Shown in pieces: positions 42,614-51,292 of a stretch of 61,131 bases of DNA (within the stretch, counting starts at the first letter, position 1; every line of letters begins with the position of its first letter). Location of the stretch: assembly GCA_964475855.1 (NCBI GenBank), contig CAYZAV010000004.1, positions 1-61,131 of the forward strand, written 5' to 3'. A program made the position numbers and the translations under genes. The notes beneath the pieces are model-generated. The model searched no databases and was not told the DNA's origin. It saw only the letters and a list, made by a program, of their open reading frames with translations. The stretch is from an uncultured Candidatus Saccharibacteria bacterium. GTDB lineage: Bacteria; Patescibacteriota; Minisyncoccia; Minisyncoccales; Staskawiczbacteraceae.

Positions 42614-43312
42614 CTAAAACCGGGGTTCATCCAATTGTGCCTGGACCGCAATTCGTTTGTAATTCTTACCTGGCGGCCAGCAACTTACCAGGGTTAGGAT
42701 GTTTGTTTTTTGGCTCAAACTGGTGGTTTGCAGTTCTTGACCTTTCTGTAAAATGTCGGTAGTTATTACCGTATAGCTGTATTGGCGATTTTCAAAATAT
42801 ACTATAATTTTATCGCCGGGTTTTAAGTTGGTCAGGTTGCTGAATACCCAATCGTGCTTGATGTGAGGCCAGTTTGGCGGTGCGGAGTGCCCTAATATGA
42901 CGTTTTCTCCTGCTTGTCCGGGATAAACGGAACCAGGGTAATACACTACCCCTTCATCTAAGTCTTTCATCAGGTCTTTTTCGATGACACTGGTACCGAT
43001 TACCAACGGCGTAACCAGGCCGAGGCTTGGAATTTCCAGTGAATTGGTTTTTTGAGAATATGGAAATTCACGGATTTTTGCTTGAATTGGCGGGGTTATT
43101 GCGTTTGCTTTTGCCAATTTTTCCAAATGACTGTCAGTGACGGTAATGAGAGAGCTGTTCTCGTAAGGGTTGAAAAAGTCATATGCCAGCGCCGAAACCA
43201 CCCGATAGTTAAACATCCAGGAAACTTCGCCCCAGTTAAACAGTAAAAAGCCGGCCAAGTAAAGGCCTACGAAAATTTTAGTAAATTGCCTCTGCTTTTC
43301 ATTGATTTCCAT
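42614..43312 (-). CDS. Sortase-family transpeptidase
   Basis: N-terminal TM, His in ILGHSAPP, catalytic Cys in TLVSCWPP, Arg in YKRIAV. Confidence 0.85.
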   Translation of the reverse strand: MEINEKQRQFTKIFVGLYLAGFLLFNWGEVSWMFNYRVVSALAYDFFNPYENSSLITVTDSHLEKLAKANAITPPIQAKIREFPYSQKTNSLEIPSLGLVTPLVIGTSVIEKDLMKDLDEGVVYYPGSVYPGQAGENVILGHSAPPNWPHIKHDWVFSNLTNLKPGDKIIVYFENRQYSYTVITTDILQKGQELQTTSLSQKTNILTLVSCWPPGKNYKRIAVQAQLDEPRF

Positions 43313-43413
43313 ATACCTTAATTATATCATACTATAAAGTCTTGTCAATAGCGCGTGGGCATATTTGCCGGTAAACCAAAAAGCACCCCATAAGGAGTGC
43401 TTTTTGTCGGTGA

Positions 43414-45399
43414 CTATGCCTTTTTTGTACTATCGGAAGCTATCCATGCAGGTAGGGCCCTTTTCTTAAAGATCCCCGCCCACCATGCCCATGCCATGGC
43501 AAGGAGCAAGAGTAATGGGATAATAAATGAATCAAAGAAAATGTTGTCCGTCCATCCGGTTGAAATCTGGGCAGCGCCGCCAAGCAGCGACCGGGTTACA
43601 AAAACGGAAATAAGCGACGTTGAGTAGGCGCCATTGTTTCCGCTGATAGTAATAGAATTACTTAGATTACTGCTTCCAAGCGGGAAATTCTGGCTTGGAG
43701 CGATTTGTAATTGGTAAGTGATGATTTTAGTCTGGCCGACGGTAATGCTGCCAATGTTTAACCCGGAGATAATGTTGCCGGAGTTAGCCACGCCATCAAT
43801 GGTCAAATTATTATAGTAATACATATTGGCCGGCAGCGTGTCTTTGACGATAATATTGTTGATAATCTGGGAGCCCGTGTTTTGTAGAGTGATTTGGATT
43901 TCCAAAATATCAGAAGGGCTGGCAGTAGCCGTTGCTCCCCATACCAAATTTCCGCTGGATAAGTTGCGAACACGGGTGGTTACCAATAGGTTTGACTGGT
44001 TTTGATTCTGGTTTTGGGTTACGCAGGTATTGTTTGAGCAAATCTGGCCAGAGCTACAGGTTTGATAAAGGCTCTGCTGGATGCCGCAGGAATTAAACCA
44101 ATAGACGGCATTGCCCGAACATTGTAAATACGAATTACCCGTGCAAGTGTTACCGATGGTGACGCAAGAATTATTGGAACAGGTTTGGTTTGTGCTACAT
44201 GCCTGGTATAATTCCTGGCGATTGCCACAGGAATCGTACCAATAGACCCCGTTGGCCGAGCATTGCGTATATGAGTGGTTGGCGCAGGTGTTTACGAGTG
44301 AACAGCTGCCAGAAGAACAAGTTTGGCTGCCTGTGCAACTTTGCTGTAATTGGTTGGTAGTTGAATTACTGCAGTATGAACTGGTGGTGCCAGCGCTATT
44401 ACAAGTATAGGTGGTGTAGTTGCGATAGACGGAATTGCCTTGGCAAAAATTTCCGCCGGTTACGCCATCTGTTCCACATTGGCTGTTTGAACTGCACGTG
44501 ACCGCAGCGGCAAGACAGCTTCCCGATGAACAGGTTTGGCTTCCGCTACAGGTGTTTTGCAATTGCGCGGCGGTATTGTTACTGCAAAACGAGCTTGCTG
44601 TACCGGCATTATTGCAGGTGTACGCAGTATAATTGCGATAAACACTGTTTCCCTGGCAAAAATTTCCGCCACTATACACATCGGTTCCGCATTGGCTATT
44701 AGTACTGCAAGCGATAGCTGCGCCTGTACACGATCCCGAACTGCAGGTTTGACTCCCAGAGCAGGTTGCTTGTAACTGCGCCACGGTATTATTACTGCAA
44801 AACGAGCTTGCGGTACCGGGGCTATTACACGTATAGCTGGTGTAATTGCGGTACGTAGAATTTCCCTGGCAAAATGGGCCACCCTGATAGGTATCAGCCC
44901 CACATTGACTATTAGTAGAACACACTATATTGGTTGGCGCCGTACACTGCCCTGCTGGCAACCCGATCACGGCAAAGCCTCCCCAAGTCTTCAGAGTTCC
45001 CACGTTACAACCTCCGGTCTGGCCTATGCCTTGGAAGTTAATAATGTGGTGTCCGGCAGCAGCAGGTCCCAAGTTAATGTATCCGGAGCTGGCGTCTGGT
45101 GGTACAAAGCCCGTGCTTGCCATCAATACATCATCAAGCCAAATGCGCACTGCTACGTTTGAGCAATGCCCAACACCATTGGTGTCATAATTAACATACA
45201 GATTGGTAGTAGCTGCAGCCAAATCAAACTGGACGGCTGGAGGGTTTACGCATACCTGCGAGCTAGAAGGGTCGTTATAGCATTGGGTCTGGCCGAACTG
45301 GATGCGCTCTAAGACGCAGGGAGCGGCAAAGGCGGTTTGGGTAAATCCAAAGAAGGCTAGAAAAGTTAATGCAACCAGTGAGTACTGCTTTGCGTTCAT
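43414..45399 (-). CDS. Secreted Cys-rich surface protein, paralogue B (661 aa), putative sortase substrate
   Basis: Three tandem ~71-aa Cys-rich repeats (CS.NSQCG.D...GG.FCQGNS.YRNYT.YTCN..GT.SS.CSN) plus 2 shorter modules. C-terminus ISTGWTDN, then TM and KKR. Confidence 0.8.
   Translation of the reverse strand: MNAKQYSLVALTFLAFFGFTQTAFAAPCVLERIQFGQTQCYNDPSSSQVCVNPPAVQFDLAAATTNLYVNYDTNGVGHCSNVAVRIWLDDVLMASTGFVPPDASSGYINLGPAAAGHHIINFQGIGQTGGCNVGTLKTWGGFAVIGLPAGQCTAPTNIVCSTNSQCGADTYQGGPFCQGNSTYRNYTSYTCNSPGTASSFCSNNTVAQLQATCSGSQTCSSGSCTGAAIACSTNSQCGTDVYSGGNFCQGNSVYRNYTAYTCNNAGTASSFCSNNTAAQLQNTCSGSQTCSSGSCLAAAVTCSSNSQCGTDGVTGGNFCQGNSVYRNYTTYTCNSAGTTSSYCSNSTTNQLQQSCTGSQTCSSGSCSLVNTCANHSYTQCSANGVYWYDSCGNRQELYQACSTNQTCSNNSCVTIGNTCTGNSYLQCSGNAVYWFNSCGIQQSLYQTCSSGQICSNNTCVTQNQNQNQSNLLVTTRVRNLSSGNLVWGATATASPSDILEIQITLQNTGSQIINNIIVKDTLPANMYYYNNLTIDGVANSGNIISGLNIGSITVGQTKIITYQLQIAPSQNFPLGSSNLSNSITISGNNGAYSTSLISVFVTRSLLGGAAQISTGWTDNIFFDSFIIPLLLLLAMAWAWWAGIFKKRALPAWIASDSTKKA
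44942..45341 (-). repeat. 400-bp block about 99.5% identical to 42041..42440
   Basis: See the partner feature. Confidence 0.9.
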
Positions 45400-45551
45400 A
45401 GTCGTGATACGTTAGGTTAATAAGATTAACAGATTATTCCTTATACTAGTGTTTAAAAAATCCGTGTCAATATGGACAACTACAATATCGCATTGTTGCA
45501 TGTTGATTGTTAATTTTTCATTAAAAAAGCCGCACAAGGCGGCAGGAGGTG

Positions 45552-46370
45552 TTATTTATAATAAGCCCTGTCTTTATACTGTAGATAGAGGTACTTCATT
45601 TGTTGTCGTTGGTTTAAGGAAATTTCCCCTTCAAGCATGGCATTCATTTTTGTCACCTGCATATCAATGTCACCATCAGGGTCAAGGTAAAGTTTCCAAC
45701 CCTCTGAAGTGGTAATGATTAATGGATTGGACACGGCAACTTCCATAATCCCAATTCCAAAATTTTCCTTCAGGGCATTCCCTACTGCTTTGGTGGCAGC
45801 AATGAGATTTGGCTTTGTCACCAAGCTGCCAAGTACCAGATTCATGTCGCCCGATTCATATAGGGTTGGTAAATTTTCCTCTAGCGCCACCACTTTTTCA
45901 AAAATAATCCCAGTGTCATCAATATAAAAACATTCACTGCCGCCAAGGCCAAAGCAAAATACGGCAAAAGGCTCTCGCTCCACGATTTCAATGGTAATCC
46001 CTTGCGGCCAAGCTTTATGGACATGCACATCCTTAACCAATACGAAGGCATCAGCAATCAATTCTTCCAGCTTTGATGTATTTTCGATAATTATACTTTC
46101 AGATGTCAGTGTAAGTAATCCCGCCGGAAACAAGTTTTTTTTGATTTGCTTGTAGGCAATATTGTCAATTTGGGCGGTGGTTATTTTCCGGTTACCGGAA
46201 ATTTGGATATTTTCAATTTGTAGTTGCGGTAAAAAAAATATGAAGTAGGTCGCAATACTGAGCATTAAAGTAAAAAACAGGGCAAACCAAAAAATTCGAT
46301 GTTGCCAAAACCGTTTTTTTGGCTTTAGTCGTTTGATTTTGGGATGGATGTGTTTTTTCCGGTAAGACAT
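45552..46370 (-). CDS. ftsQ: Cell division protein FtsQ-like (POTRA)
   Basis: Basic N-terminus, TM, IENIQISGNRKITTAQI POTRA start. Confidence 0.7.
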   Translation of the reverse strand: MSYRKKHIHPKIKRLKPKKRFWQHRIFWFALFFTLMLSIATYFIFFLPQLQIENIQISGNRKITTAQIDNIAYKQIKKNLFPAGLLTLTSESIIIENTSKLEELIADAFVLVKDVHVHKAWPQGITIEIVEREPFAVFCFGLGGSECFYIDDTGIIFEKVVALEENLPTLYESGDMNLVLGSLVTKPNLIAATKAVGNALKENFGIGIMEVAVSNPLIITTSEGWKLYLDPDGDIDMQVTKMNAMLEGEISLNQRQQMKYLYLQYKDRAYYK

Positions 46371-46371
46371 A

Positions 46372-47382
46372 TTACAAACCGCGCTTCCACTTACGGGTCA
46401 ATTCTATTATATAATTTATCCAGTATTTTTGCGAAATAATATAATCCTGGGTTTTTACGTATTCATCATGGTAACCGCCAAAACCCATTTTAAATAACGT
46501 CGGGCCGGCGTAGGGGTGTTTTGGGTTGGCAGCCGGATTCGCATATCCCCAAAAGTCATAGGTTTTGGCCCCGCGTTTTTTAGCTTCTTTTATTGCCTCC
46601 CATTGCAACAAGTACGAAACCGGGATTTTTTTGTATTCTGGCAGCAATGCTGCGTGGTGGTAAAAACCAACTCCACTCCAAAAAATTTCAAACGAAGTGG
46701 CAATGTATTCACCCTTATACTTGGCAAAAAACAATGAAATAGTGTTGTCGGGTAGAAATGCGTTGAATTCTTTTTTTAAATAGTTCAGCGAAAACGGGGT
46801 GAATTTTTGCAGTTTTGCCACAGGCGTATGGAGTCGATAAAAAATGTTCATATCCTGCACATCCGAGCTTTTGATAATTTCTATATCTTTGTTGTGCTCG
46901 GCCTGTTTTATCAAATAACGTGTGCTTTTTCGCATATCGCGCAACAATTCTTCTTCTGATTTTGAAATATCTAGCTTCCAGCTTGATTCTGGATGATAAT
47001 GTAACGGCCCCTGTCGAAACTTTAAATCTTTAAATATTTTGACATTTACATCCTCTCGTTTAGCGATTGGGCTAACTCTAATAAAATCCACTTTCTCTAT
47101 TTTCGCCAACCCTTTTAGTTTTTCTAATAAAACGGGTAAAATGTTCAGATCCCCCACTGGCCCATGGGGAACCAATAAAAAGCTTCCCCTTTTAGAAATA
47201 ACTTTGACAGTCAAAGCCGCGGCAATCTGCTGGCCGTTCTCAAAAACCCCAAATCGCCAGACTTTATTCCCCATAGAAGCGTGGAAATCCCCCCAATTCC
47301 AAGATTGCAAAAACGTCTTGCGCGGACATTTGGCCAAAAAATCTTCCCATATTTTTTTGTCAGAAATTTCTCTTAATTCCAT
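46372..47382 (-). CDS. FemAB-family peptidoglycan interpeptide-bridge peptidyltransferase
   Basis: FLQSWNWGDF start and the two-GNAT-lobe length class (336 aa). Confidence 0.75.
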   Translation of the reverse strand: MELREISDKKIWEDFLAKCPRKTFLQSWNWGDFHASMGNKVWRFGVFENGQQIAAALTVKVISKRGSFLLVPHGPVGDLNILPVLLEKLKGLAKIEKVDFIRVSPIAKREDVNVKIFKDLKFRQGPLHYHPESSWKLDISKSEEELLRDMRKSTRYLIKQAEHNKDIEIIKSSDVQDMNIFYRLHTPVAKLQKFTPFSLNYLKKEFNAFLPDNTISLFFAKYKGEYIATSFEIFWSGVGFYHHAALLPEYKKIPVSYLLQWEAIKEAKKRGAKTYDFWGYANPAANPKHPYAGPTLFKMGFGGYHDEYVKTQDYIISQKYWINYIIELTRKWKRGL

Positions 47383-48575
47383 TGTTTTAGAAAATTAACA
47401 ATTCGTTTTGCGTCGTCTATGGAAATATTGATGTGGGTGGGTAAATTTAGCGCTGTTTTGGCCAGACGTTCGGCATTTGGGCACCTGCCGGGAACATATT
47501 TCATTTCTTCCAGTTTTGTATCAAACGGGTCAATGGGGCTACGATACCAATCGCCAAGGAGTATATTTTGCTGGTGCCAGGCTGCGTATAGTATTTCGTG
47601 TGCTTGTTTATGCTGGACGGCAAAACGTAAAAAGATATTATTTTCTTTGCGGGGCAATATAAATTTTGTGCCCGTCAATTCCTGATAATAAAACTCTGCT
47701 ATTTTTTTACGGTGCGCGTTAAACGTTTCCAATTTTTTGAACTGGTTTAAAGCCATGGCCGCCAATGCGTTTGGCAGTGCTTTTGGAAAATAATCAGGCC
47801 GCTGTCCCCTTTTTTCTTTAAAGCTTACCGCTTTTGATAAAATATGTAGCCACTGCGAAACTACTAAAAATACTTTTCCAAGATTGATAAAATTGTATAA
47901 CGGTAAAATAATAAAATATAGTAAAGTAGGATGCAAAATTTGCTGCTTTATCCAAGCCATGCCTGGCATGCCAAATTCTTTTTGTAGTGCCTGCAGTTTT
48001 TTTCCCAATTCATCGTCATTTGTTACTGCCATGCCACCATATACGCAAGAAATCACTTTGTCTCTTGAAAAACTAAAAAACCCGGCTTTGCCAAAAGTGC
48101 CAACTTTTTTACCGTTAATTTCTGCGCCCAGCGCGTGCGCACAGTCTTCAATTACTTGCTTATTGAGGGCTTTTTCATTGGGTAGGCCAAAAGTGTGTTG
48201 AACAATATCAACTCCGCTGACAGCATTAAAATCATTGTCGCAGTCAACGTATACTGGATTTAACCCTGCCCATAAAATAGGGTTTGCCACCGCATTGCAA
48301 GTAAAAGCTTGTATTTTTACGTCACTGCCTTTTGGTAACTCCAATGCCCTTAAAATGGCGTACATACTTGATCGACCCGAATTAAACGAAACAGCATATT
48401 TTACGCCAAGATATTTTGCAAATTCTTCTTCCAATTTTTTGACAGCGGGCGCAGACTTGTGCCCCGCCCATTTCCATGGTTGAAAAAGCAGTTTCAACGC
48501 CAAAACCACATCATCTTTTTGGACATTTGGAGAAAGCGATATGGAGACTGGTTTAAACGGTAAAAACATTGACAA
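47373..48575 (-). CDS. DegT/DnrJ/EryC1/StrS-family aminotransferase-like protein
   Basis: FSFSRDK (PLP Lys context), VIEDCAHALGA. Confidence 0.75.
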   Translation of the reverse strand: MSMFLPFKPVSISLSPNVQKDDVVLALKLLFQPWKWAGHKSAPAVKKLEEEFAKYLGVKYAVSFNSGRSSMYAILRALELPKGSDVKIQAFTCNAVANPILWAGLNPVYVDCDNDFNAVSGVDIVQHTFGLPNEKALNKQVIEDCAHALGAEINGKKVGTFGKAGFFSFSRDKVISCVYGGMAVTNDDELGKKLQALQKEFGMPGMAWIKQQILHPTLLYFIILPLYNFINLGKVFLVVSQWLHILSKAVSFKEKRGQRPDYFPKALPNALAAMALNQFKKLETFNAHRKKIAEFYYQELTGTKFILPRKENNIFLRFAVQHKQAHEILYAAWHQQNILLGDWYRSPIDPFDTKLEEMKYVPGRCPNAERLAKTALNLPTHINISIDDAKRIVNFLKQWN

Positions 48576-48634
48576 ACATTTTAATTAAATTATAATTCTA
48601 TTAATGGTTTTTTGCTTACACCAAGGAGAGTATC

Positions 48635-48889
48635 ATGTCAACACTCGCGGATGTGCAAAAACATTGTCAATCGCATCACAATAATTTGATGAATGGCCAA
48701 CGTAATAACGAGGCCAAGGACAAATGCTGGTCAAGACTTTTTCAGGCATTGGACGAAGAGCATGGTCCTTACACTAAGCGAGAAAAGCTTCCTCTTGAAA
48801 CTCCACTTGGTGACCAATCCGAAATAGCTTTTCAAGAGCTTAAAAAACTCAACATCGCACCTTCACAATCTATTGCTCTGAAAACTTAG
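48635..48889 (+). CDS. Hypothetical 84-aa protein
   Basis: TTGACA-16-TATAAT promoter (48583 onward) and AAGGAG SD. Confidence 0.5.
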   Translation: MSTLADVQKHCQSHHNNLMNGQRNNEAKDKCWSRLFQALDEEHGPYTKREKLPLETPLGDQSEIAFQELKKLNIAPSQSIALKT

Positions 48890-48896
48890 CCACCAG

Positions 48897-50525
48897 CTAG
48901 GTTTTTTTATTGCCGGCGATCAATAGTCCGATCAATTCTCCCGGAACTCGTCCTTCTAGTAACACGGTATCATCTTTTTTGCAGCAGACAGTGATATGGT
49001 GAAAAATTTCCTTTGAATTTTCAGAAAATATAATATTTTTTTCCGGCATCCCGGCATCCATGGCCCCTTTTTTAATTTGGTCAAACTGGTCGCGGGTGGA
49101 AATAATGGCTAAATCGCAAACCTGCGCGATTTTCTTACCGATTTCGTAATGCGCCTGTGCTGATTTTGGACCAAGCTCAATCAGGCATGGCATGACAATT
49201 GCTTTTTTACCAGGGAAAATTGAAAGATAATCCAAATCGGCCATTACGCCATCCGGATTTGATGAATATGAAGAATCTATAATTTGTATGCCATGCGTGC
49301 CAATTTTCAGTGTCATACCGCCTTGCTCTTGCCGGATGTTTTTGCAAGCCAAAGAAATTTGCTCAAGTGTCATGCCTAATTCACGCGCCACCAATATAGC
49401 CCCTAGTAAATTTTGTACTTGTTGGCGGCCCAGCACATTGGCGCTAATATGCATCAGCTCTTTTTGAAAATAGTGAACAATAAACGAAATCCCCTCTTTT
49501 TTCACTTCTACCTCCTCTGCCCAAATGTCGGCGTCTAGGATTTGTTTATGTTCCGTATAAATTTTCTTTTTACCGGTAAACTTTTTGTACAAATTCAGAC
49601 AATGCTGGTTTTCGCCATTTACGGCCAGCCAACCGTTTTCCGGCAACGCTACGGCTAATTCACGCCCACCTTCGGCTGAAAGTAAATTTTCTAAATTCCC
49701 AAATAGCGCCAAATGCTGTTCGTTCACCCCGGTTACCACTCCAATTTGTGGTCGCACCATGTCGCACAATAACTTTATACCGCCTTTTTGATATGCCCCC
49801 ATTTCCACAATAAATATTTCGTGTCCGGGCATAATGTCTTCCAAAATAGTTTGAGCAATGCCCATTTCGGAATTTCTATGGTCTTTCGTAGCAATAACTT
49901 TGTACTTTTCAGATAATATGGTTGTTAAAAATTCCTTGGTTGATGTTTTTCCATAGCTACCAGTAATGCCAATGACCATTAACTTCTTAAAGCCCGCTAA
50001 TTTTTTCCTGGCTTTTTCCAAAATACTTCGCCGGCCCATGACGAATAACGGTTGCACAAGTAAAACAATAAGGGTAATGATAGCAGGAACCAATAAATCA
50101 GCCATCAGCAATGCTTTGGCAAGATATTCACCCGAAGTTTCGTATACTGCTAACCCGATGGCAACCAAGCTGAATGTGCTTATTGATACCAAAGCCAATA
50201 GTATTGTTTTGAGTGTTTGTTTTGGCGCTAAATACTGCCCGGAAGGCAAGGCGCGCATCCAAAGTCCGGCTTCAATAATATACATAACTAATAATCCATA
50301 CAACGCGATGCGTGAAAATCCTGCCACCAAAAGTACGAGCACCAACATTTTTGCCGCGTAGAGCGGATTAAAAAATATTTTTTTGCCTTTGTGAGTCCTG
50401 AAGTGATCAATGAAACGCGGAATGTGATATTCTTTTAATTGCCATACATACAGCCAAAAAAGGGCATTTTTTAACGTCCGTATCAGCCACAAAAAAAGTA
50501 ACAGGTTGGTTAAAAAAGCTATCAT
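48897..50525 (-). CDS. Mur-ligase (MurF-like) fused to a ~170-aa N-terminal polytopic membrane domain
   Basis: ITGSYGKTSTKEFL P-loop and the Mur ligase middle and C-terminal domains. 4-5 TM segments precede it. Confidence 0.75.
   Translation of the reverse strand: MIAFLTNLLLFLWLIRTLKNALFWLYVWQLKEYHIPRFIDHFRTHKGKKIFFNPLYAAKMLVLVLLVAGFSRIALYGLLVMYIIEAGLWMRALPSGQYLAPKQTLKTILLALVSISTFSLVAIGLAVYETSGEYLAKALLMADLLVPAIITLIVLLVQPLFVMGRRSILEKARKKLAGFKKLMVIGITGSYGKTSTKEFLTTILSEKYKVIATKDHRNSEMGIAQTILEDIMPGHEIFIVEMGAYQKGGIKLLCDMVRPQIGVVTGVNEQHLALFGNLENLLSAEGGRELAVALPENGWLAVNGENQHCLNLYKKFTGKKKIYTEHKQILDADIWAEEVEVKKEGISFIVHYFQKELMHISANVLGRQQVQNLLGAILVARELGMTLEQISLACKNIRQEQGGMTLKIGTHGIQIIDSSYSSNPDGVMADLDYLSIFPGKKAIVMPCLIELGPKSAQAHYEIGKKIAQVCDLAIISTRDQFDQIKKGAMDAGMPEKNIIFSENSKEIFHHITVCCKKDDTVLLEGRVPGELIGLLIAGNKKT
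49760..49771 (+). repeat. TGTCGCACAATA copy 11 (inside the Mur-ligase gene)
   Basis: Exact 12-mer. Confidence 0.95.
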
Positions 50526-51292
50526 GTGATGTGTGCCAACATATGTTGGGCCAATAGTTCAGGGTGGCCAAGCTGTAATGCGTGCGTGCCACCGGCAATA
50601 ATAATCAGTTCAGAGCCCGCAATTTTAGAATGGATGAATTGAGCTTGTTCTATCGGGGTTGACTCATCTTTGTCACCCCAAATGATTATGGTCGGCACTT
50701 TGATAAAATAAAGACCCTGGGACAAATCATCGGAAATGACATTTAAATAGGTTTGGCGCATAGAAGGTGAAATACTTAGATAATCGCTTTTGCGAATGAT
50801 GAATTTGTAAAATGCCTTACGACCCAATTCATATTGTGGCAAAAATGCCAGCACTTTAGCCATTTTCGCCAGGTACTGCCAGCCCCTTTTTGCGACGGTG
50901 CGGTTTCTGACGCAGGCGGCGGAAACCAAGAATAGTTTTTTAATATTCTGATTATATTGTATGGCATATTTGGCTGACAGTGCTCCGCCAAACGAATGTC
51001 CGGCAAGATAAAAATCTTGTTTTAGTTCGGGCACGCTTTGTACAAATTCATGCAACCATTCAACGTACTGGTTAATGGTCCAGGCGCCCAAAGGTTCTTG
51101 GCTTAAACCAAATCCGGGCAAATCGGGAACGACGATTTTAATGTTTTTTCCGGCCAACATTTCCGCTACTTTGACCCATCGGTCGGATTTTGACGGCCAG
51201 CCATGCAAAATCAGCAAGGATTTTTCGCCCTGCCCAAAAACCTTGTAATTTATCTTGAGATTTTTTACTTCAATCTGCTGTTCTTCCATCAC
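50522..51292 (-). CDS. Alpha/beta-fold hydrolase
   Basis: HGWP, nucleophile elbow GHSFGG, C-terminal His. Confidence 0.85.
   Translation of the reverse strand: MMEEQQIEVKNLKINYKVFGQGEKSLLILHGWPSKSDRWVKVAEMLAGKNIKIVVPDLPGFGLSQEPLGAWTINQYVEWLHEFVQSVPELKQDFYLAGHSFGGALSAKYAIQYNQNIKKLFLVSAACVRNRTVAKRGWQYLAKMAKVLAFLPQYELGRKAFYKFIIRKSDYLSISPSMRQTYLNVISDDLSQGLYFIKVPTIIIWGDKDESTPIEQAQFIHSKIAGSELIIIAGGTHALQLGHPELLAQHMLAHIT

Noticed and set aside
40819-45399. The paralogous surface proteins as a diversity-generating retroelement target/template pair
   Set aside because: There is no reverse transcriptase in the window. The near-identical block is N-terminal. Its two mismatches are not adenine-specific.
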